Shown: piece after piece, positions 57,560-64,000 of the stretch | Position numbering within the stretch: the stretch's first letter is position 1 | How the letters are laid out: the number at the start of each line of letters is the position of its first letter | Assembly: GCF_006345805.1 (NCBI RefSeq) | Contig: NC_042998.1 | Span: 115,878,001 to 115,942,000 of the forward strand | Direction of reading: 5' to 3' | Length of the DNA stretch: 64,000 nucleotides | Origin: Octopus sinensis | Taxonomy: Eukaryota | Position numbers and translations under genes: made by a program | Notes under the pieces: generated by a model | Told to the model about the DNA's origin: nothing | Databases searched by the model: none | The model's input: only the letters and a program-made list of their open reading frames with translations

Positions 57560-57900
57560 GATTCCCAACCTTCTAGACTAGGTATTTCTGGAAATTATCC
57601 ATAAGCCTCAGCGTAAAATCGCTCCAGAAGACTCAGATTTTCTCATCGAAGCCCAGATTTTCTCTATGATCGTTGTCGCTCTTACCCATCACCAATTCTC
57701 TATAGAACACCATATTGAAACACCCACGAACCACATTACCCAACTGAAAGAAGTTTATTATGTCCTGACTCCATGTGCCAGGAGCCCTATCCTGGTTTAC
57801 GAGTACAATTCCCACAACGTGCCGCGGAAAAGCTCGTCTGATAAAGGCAACTACACCTGATCACTACCATGGAAACACTGAATGGGTTATATCCTCAACG
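57560..57900 (+). mobile_element. Possible degenerate APE endonuclease remnant of a non-LTR element
   Basis: ILVYEYNSHN...SSDKGN resembles the IL-GDFNAH...D-RG motif; weak. Confidence 0.3.
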
Positions 57901-58564
57901 TATATCAGTGCATCTTTAGCTACGGCATGCGCAGTCTTCTACGCAGCAGATGTTCACAGCTATACAGAACCATTGGACCACAGAGTGCAAAAGAGCAAGC
58001 ACCCTATGCTGGTCAATCGTTGAAAAGCAGAACCCATCTGCTGGGAAGTCAGAACCATGTGCTTGTTGTGGCCTACCCAATTGTGACTTTGTTGCTATGT
58101 TGCATATTTTCCTAAAATATCTAAAATAGAACTTAAAGATTTTGTGCTCACCCATGTGAAATATAAACATGGATTTACACTTATGATGATATTAGAAACA
58201 ATAAACAGTTTGACTTCCACATATATCATAAGCAATTAAAAGTGAGAGTAGTGGCAGTACACAATATAAAATTCAAATGTTATCGTCTTATCCTTAAATA
58301 ATCGAATTCATTTATTTTACAATTCTAATTTCTATGTTTACAATGGAAGTATCTTTAATTTTTCGCTTTTCAAAATAAATAATGCCTCTTCATGTATCAA
58401 ATCTATTTGCTTTCTCAATCACAGTTTTTGTTTTTTCAAAAAGCTATAGATATGCTATACTTAGATACAGAACATTATAAACAATAGATGTTTATGTATA
58501 ATACGTAGTTTAAACACTTTTGATTATAATTAAGCATATCTGCTCCTGGTTACCACGAAGTGTC

Positions 58565-58760
58565 AGTGTTAAATCATTGTCTAGGATAATAAGCTGACAA
58601 AAATAACTTCTAAGCTGAAATCTCGCTCAAGTCGATTTTGTTTTTCAACCAGAAAAGGGTCGACAAAATCAGAAGGAGTCCACTTCTGGGTGACGATATA
58701 ACCGACTATACTGACCTCTCAAATTTTAGGCCTCGTGTTTGTGTTAGAAACTAATATTAC
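58565..58760 (+). mobile_element. SINE family A copy, diverged
   Basis: CAAGTCGATTTTG...GGGTCGACAAAAT...CTCAAATTTTAGGCCTCGTG. Confidence 0.55.
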
Positions 58761-59639
58761 ACTATTTTTCATAGTTTATGTAGGTTGGAGGAAGCTTTCG
58801 AAATTTTGGAGTTATTGTTTGGAAAATTACTTGGTCAATATAACACACTTTCCTGAAAGCTGAACATACAACAATAATTAGCTTCTTGTTTTAGCTCGTC
58901 TGTATGTTCTCAAAGCACACAAACTGAATATAATAATGATGATGAATGACAAATATAGAAATAGAAGCTAACGTTAAAAGAGAAAATTATAAATATTATC
59001 GATTCTTGATTTAGGTTTGGATATCTTAATAGCATACTTGGTAACTACGATGATCAATAACAAATGTTAGAGACAACGAGGAACCAGCTACACGCTTCCT
59101 CCTGCTAGAAGTAACTACCAATGTCTCTTAGAGCACATCCTCTCCTTTTAATGTAAAAGAAAATGCATCGGATAGATATGCGAAAATATGGTATAATATT
59201 GGATGGAACAGTTTGGATTAAAGATTTGTTTAACTAGACTACCCGTAGGTAAGCAGTGTTTCTAATTTAGAAACAAGAACGGTAGTTTTGAGTGAAATTT
59301 TGCTCTTACGTAACTAATATTTCTAGCTATCGGAGGATAGACATATCAATAATAATTGACTGTAACTTGTATAAAATCACTGAATTGAAGGGCACATGCA
59401 ATAAGATATGGTTTACAGAAATATGGAGGGGTATGTATTATTCTTAAAATAGACTTGATAATGCTTGTTGGTGGTGCTTATTTTACAGGGCCATATTTGT
59501 GCACTGTAAACTAATGTCATGATCGATGTGTAACTTAGGGATTCGATAAATATAATTATTAAAAAACTTCAATACTGATATATGTATTGATATGACCCTG
59601 AAAGAATTTTCACGATAGTGTCTCGCGGTGGTGGTGCGT

Positions 59640-60530
59640 TAGTTGCTTTAGCATCTGTGGTAATTGCTGCTGTTGATGGTGGTACTGTGTTGTAGCCCTG
59701 GATGTACTGGAGGCATTTCAACTGTTACATTCTGTTCTTGTTGGGAACAGAAATTATTAACAATTTATTGTTTCCACAGTTGCAGTATCGACGTCTTCTG
59801 CCTACCAGTTGCTGACATTCTGGGGTTTCTGTTAGGTTTAGGATTTTGTCTACTATCCCAGGTTTCATCAGAATTAAAATCTCCAACCTCACTGAAACCC
59901 AATTATTTCAGTATCTTTTCATTTTTAACAGTGTGCGAGAATCTTCACATTTCACCACCCACTAGAAGTCTAGTTCTCGTGGTATGTGTAAAAGTTTTAC
60001 TTGGATCACCCCCCCACGTCCAAGATAAATTAGTATTATTTTGTAAGCTTCAGATTTTTGTAAGTCGAAGGAGCGCTCCTGGGTGAACATGCATGATTTT
60101 CTCCTACTGATGCTTTTGCGAGCTTTTCTGTTTGACATGTTATTGCTGTTACTGCAGCTACTGTTCTTGTTGTTGTCGTTGATACTGTTATTGCTACTGA
60201 AAGTGACACTTCTAGTTTTATTTACAACTACTTGTTTATTATTGTGTGCTAGGAGATTACAGGGAAAGATTGTTTCATCTTCAAAAATTCTTTTTCACCT
60301 TCCTCTGTTGCTGATTGGCCGAGAAAGGCGATGCCTTTTTATAATTTTTTTTTCGAAAAACTTCTTTTCTTTTAAAGTTTTAATTCATAGGGCGAGTAAA
60401 CAAAATGATTCATCACTCCCTTATGTTGCTGATCAACGGGGAAAAAAACTAAAATTAACCAAACCAGACTTTCTAGAAAGGAAAACGGGGCACAAATTCA
60501 TGAAGCTTCCAAAACAACTATAGTAATAAT
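59640..60530 (-). mobile_element. Possible 5' UTR/ORF1 remnant of a LINE
   Basis: Strand-biased, GC-richer block with broken minus-strand frames rich in N/S/T; no diagnostic motif. Confidence 0.2.
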
Positions 60531-60604
60531 AATTTAGACACAATAGGCACAACAGAAGCAATGATAAGAATAATGGCTCCAGATTTTGGCATGAGGCCAG
60601 AGCA

Positions 60605-60657
<53 letters not shown>

Positions 60658-61270
60658 CAATGCCCTGATGCAGTACCATGCCCTGATGCAGTATCAATGC
60701 CCTGATGCAGTACCAGGCAATGGCTCTCATGGCTTCTGATCTTAACTGATTGGAAGTGTTACCATGTACATTGTTTTGTCTTGGTATAAAAGATGGGCTA
60801 CAACAAATATTCTGCTCAATACCACAGATTTGCTTGTCAGTTGTTTGACCTTAACCAGTTGAGCATGTCCCTTAGTGGCTGACGATATGTGCATCTCTGA
60901 TCACGAGCAGAAGTAGTGGGGGAGCATCATAGCCATGTGTTGAGAGGGATTCTTTGGGGTTTGAATAATTCACCTCTGGAAACATGGGTGGTTATTTCAA
61001 CATCCTTAAACAACCCTTATTCAGGGACCGTTTGAGCGGGATGGGCTACTCAACCTGAAGAAAATTCTAACTTGGCCCCACCTGCAAGGTCATGTGCTGT
61101 TTATCTTGATATGAGATCACCATGTCGCGCACATATGGCTGTGATGCATGTGCCTGGTGTGCCTTTATCAGACGGGTAGTCATGATGGGTATATTGGGCT
61201 TCGTATATTTTACCCCAGTGTCACTTTGATGGCATGAACTGCTCTCTCACTCAATAATAATAATCATAAT
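60658..61270 (+). mobile_element. About 600-bp retroposon (LINE 3' end or non-autonomous) embedded in (AAT)n
   Basis: (AAT)n on both sides; 3' end GATGGCATGAACTGCTCTCTCACTCAATAATAATAAT; the same 3' end recurs at 46044-46078 next to another (AAT)n array. Confidence 0.75.
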
Positions 61271-62751
61271 AGAAGCAACATGAATTATAGGATCAAGGGG
61301 AAATGAAAAACGTAAAATGAAAGAAATTAGCAAAAAGAAAAAGGGGGAGAATTAAACGTTCTCAAAAGATATATACATTTAAAATTGAACTAAAAATAAA
61401 ATATCAGTTTGATTTAATCATCTCTATTGATTTTATAATTAAACTTATTTTGGGGTAATAAAGCGAAAATTATAACACCGAAATATTGTCCATACATAAG
61501 TGCGGAAATTAAGAATCCAACTGACGACTAGTCGTTCCTTAATGGGTCAAATCCTCATTATGATATATTAGCTAAGAATTGTGTTTAAGGTGTGATTGCA
61601 AATGTCTCTTGCAATTATTTATGATTGGTCTGGAAATGTTGTAGTGTTATATTTCGTTCTTTGCTTAATCAACATAAAATTCTTTCTCTTCTTTACAGAG
61701 AGAGAGAGAGAGAAAAAAAACATTGAGATTTGGATATATTTTTAAAAAGCTGGTTTAATATTTGAAATGAATATTTAAAATTTTGTTACACTAACATTTC
61801 TCAACCTCTAATTTACTGACGTTGTATCATCCGTTTCCTTTGTGCATATTGAAGTATTTAGTTATCATTAGATTCAGTTTTAATTGATTTCTTGATTGCT
61901 TCGCTTCCAACTATAAAATTTTTCCTGAAAGATTTCAAGTATTTAGATTTCAAAAGTATTATAATGATCTGAACACTGAAACTTCCAAAGAAATGAGGAA
62001 AAGCTGTCACATAGTTCTGTATTTTTATGTGCAGCCAGTCATTATAAAATTGTAACAATTACAAGGTGTACTTATCTGGTGTTGATCTACAATTATATCT
62101 TTCAAACTTATTAATATTCGTAAGTCGCAGCTGCTTACAGACATACAGTAACGGACGGCGGGGTCTAGATTTGCAACGGCTGTTAACGTACGAGCAACAC
62201 AAGAAGCTGTTTGGGAATCTGTAGTCTCTTGCCTGCGAAGCGACGCCAACATTCGATTAAGTAACCCCATCTCATTACTTGATTCTTTATTTTGTCGGCC
62301 ATTACAGGTGAAGGTATTTTCATTTGTACTGGCTGATAACAACCTCAACCTCACTTGAATGATATCAAGGACGTAGTAAGTGATGATAGTGGTGGTGGTG
62401 GGTGTCTGTCATTGGACATTGACCATTCTTTTGTTCGATCAACTGAATCCTCTGTTTCAAAATTAATATGTAAGTAACTAAAAATTCCATCGACACGTGA
62501 ACCTTTAACGTAATTCTAATGTAAAATCAGCCTGATGAAGTATGTGATAAAACTGCCCCTTTCGAATTGCATATAATCTGGTGGATGAACTTATGTACAG
62601 TTTCTGACAACCTAATCTTCGGAAATTATAGATCTATCCTAGATTATGGAGAAAGGGTTTATCACAAGATGAGACAGTGATATCGAATGAGATACGTCAT
62701 GGTTGCGAAGAATACTTTTTAATCATTCGGCCATACTGCACCTAGACAGTG

Positions 62752-62821
<70 letters not shown>

Positions 62822-62825
62822 TATA

Positions 62826-63325
62826 CAAAATGGGACAAGAACGCAAAACATCCAGACAGTTAGGTGATACATAAAAGGGACAACAAAACGTCCAGATAGA
62901 CGATGCAAAGAAACAAGGACAAGTCATTCGGAGTTTTCTTTCCGCAGTCGTGTTCCAGATTATCGTTGCAATTTTGGCTGATTATCCTCGAGATTGCTCC
63001 AATCTGGCCAGCCCCAAGAAAAACTAAGCTAAGAGCATTAGATATTTGGGAAGAAAGAAGCGAATGTATACAAAAAGAAGGTCGGAAAAAAAATGGACAA
63101 TGTTATACAAATACAATAAAAATGATAATAAAAATTATAACAGGACATAAAAACAGGTGTCATTCGACTAAGGACGAATTGAATTAAGCTGGCGTGTGTG
63201 GAAATAAAGCCATACGGCAGAAATACAAGATTTCACAGGCACAGAGAAGAATATCGATGTTGCACGGACGACAGCCGAACCAAGAAAGAAAGATCAGGCT
63301 TGGCCGAACACCGGTGATACATATA
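62826..63325. mobile_element. TA-anchored interspersed repeat with a highly structured core
   Basis: Starts directly after a long (TA)n tract; contains five short complementary segment pairs within 62932-63025. Confidence 0.55.
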
Positions 63326-63589
63326 GGGGAGAGAGCGCTAGCACTCTTCATGTAGTGAGTTTTAATTGAAGCAGAAAGAGATGAAGAAGTGATGAAAGAA
63401 CAGTTGCATATTTGGCAGGCACTATTTAATACAGTTCATTGTGAATTAATATGATACTAAGTCATACGTAAGTTAAATATGCAGAGGTTTAAGAAATAGC
63501 ATAACTAATTATGAAATCATTTTGAAATACTATGAATATGCACTCAATAGACAAAATTAATGCTATTGCTGTTGCTTTGCTCAAGAAGA

Positions 63590-63805
63590 TTCTAACCTGC
63601 TAGTGGCTGAGCACTCCACAAACACATGTACCCTTACCGTAGTTTACAGGGTGTGACAAGCAGATATTATTCATTCATGTCAGCTGAGTGAACTGGAGCA
63701 GCGGAAAATGAAGTGTCTTGCTGAAGAGACACAATACGTCGCCAGAAATTGAACTCTTACGATCGTAAGCCGAATGCATTAACCAGTAAGCCATGCGCCT
63801 TTACC
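63590..63805 (-). mobile_element. tRNA-derived SINE, family D
   Basis: Minus strand GGCGCATGGCTTACTGGTTAA (A-box-like), GAGTTCAATTTC (B-box-like), then TTGTGTCTCTTCAGCAAGACACTT, resembling the central motif of V/Meta-core SINEs. Confidence 0.7.
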
Positions 63806-64000
63806 ATATATGTATATATATGTGTGTGTGTGTGTGTGTTTGTGTTTGTGTGTACGCATCTAGTGGTTATTACTGCATGATTTGCAACAGCTTCTGTTTC
63901 ATAAATTGTACTAATAATATTATGGTCGACAATAAGCTATGGTAAAAGCCCCTTCTCCAAAGTGAGATCAAAATCGCTACCATTTTAACATAACTACTAT

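Noticed and set aside
56010-58760. Oppositely oriented SINE A copies flanking the M4 exon (circRNA or editing duplex)
   Set aside because: The two copies are too diverged and the left one too short to form a stable duplex.
62932-63025. HDV-like, twister or pistol assignment of the structured motif
   Set aside because: The P3/L3, P1.1 and J4/2 elements of HDV-like ribozymes and the conserved loops of twister and pistol do not fit.
57140-64000. Further upstream glutamate receptor exons (S2, M3)
   Set aside because: No YAFLMES, GGL-D-KGYG or SYTANLAAF motifs seen on the minus strand; they presumably lie beyond the window.

Overview
AT-rich eukaryotic DNA dominated by microsatellites and transposable elements. 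The SINE families and the (TA)n/(CA)n/(TATC)n/(AAT)n load suggest an octopod cephalopod (inference from recognition, not a search). The only host gene I can support is the 3' end of a kainate-type ionotropic glutamate receptor on the minus strand: an S2-end/M4 exon at 56874-57139 and a terminal exon at 51232-51405, joined in frame by a GT-AG intron. The rest is decayed mobile DNA: RTE, CR1 and Penelope-like (PLE) retroelements, a two-ended Helitron, Tc1 and mariner copies, two foldback elements, many tRNA-derived SINEs, an (AAT)n-embedded retroposon, and a 1.8-kb phased A/T-tract minisatellite. Most ORFs in the supplied track are microsatellite artefacts. The most interesting signals are RNA-structural. 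Several different hammerhead-ribozyme-like cassettes lie close to microsatellites, including one with a G3-C8 swapped core (13434-13484). A 94-nt motif at 62932-63025 has all hammerhead core strands and stems, but in a non-canonical double-pseudoknot order. Every copy here has decay substitutions, so activity is a hypothesis about the family consensus. TE boundaries are approximate unless termini are quoted.
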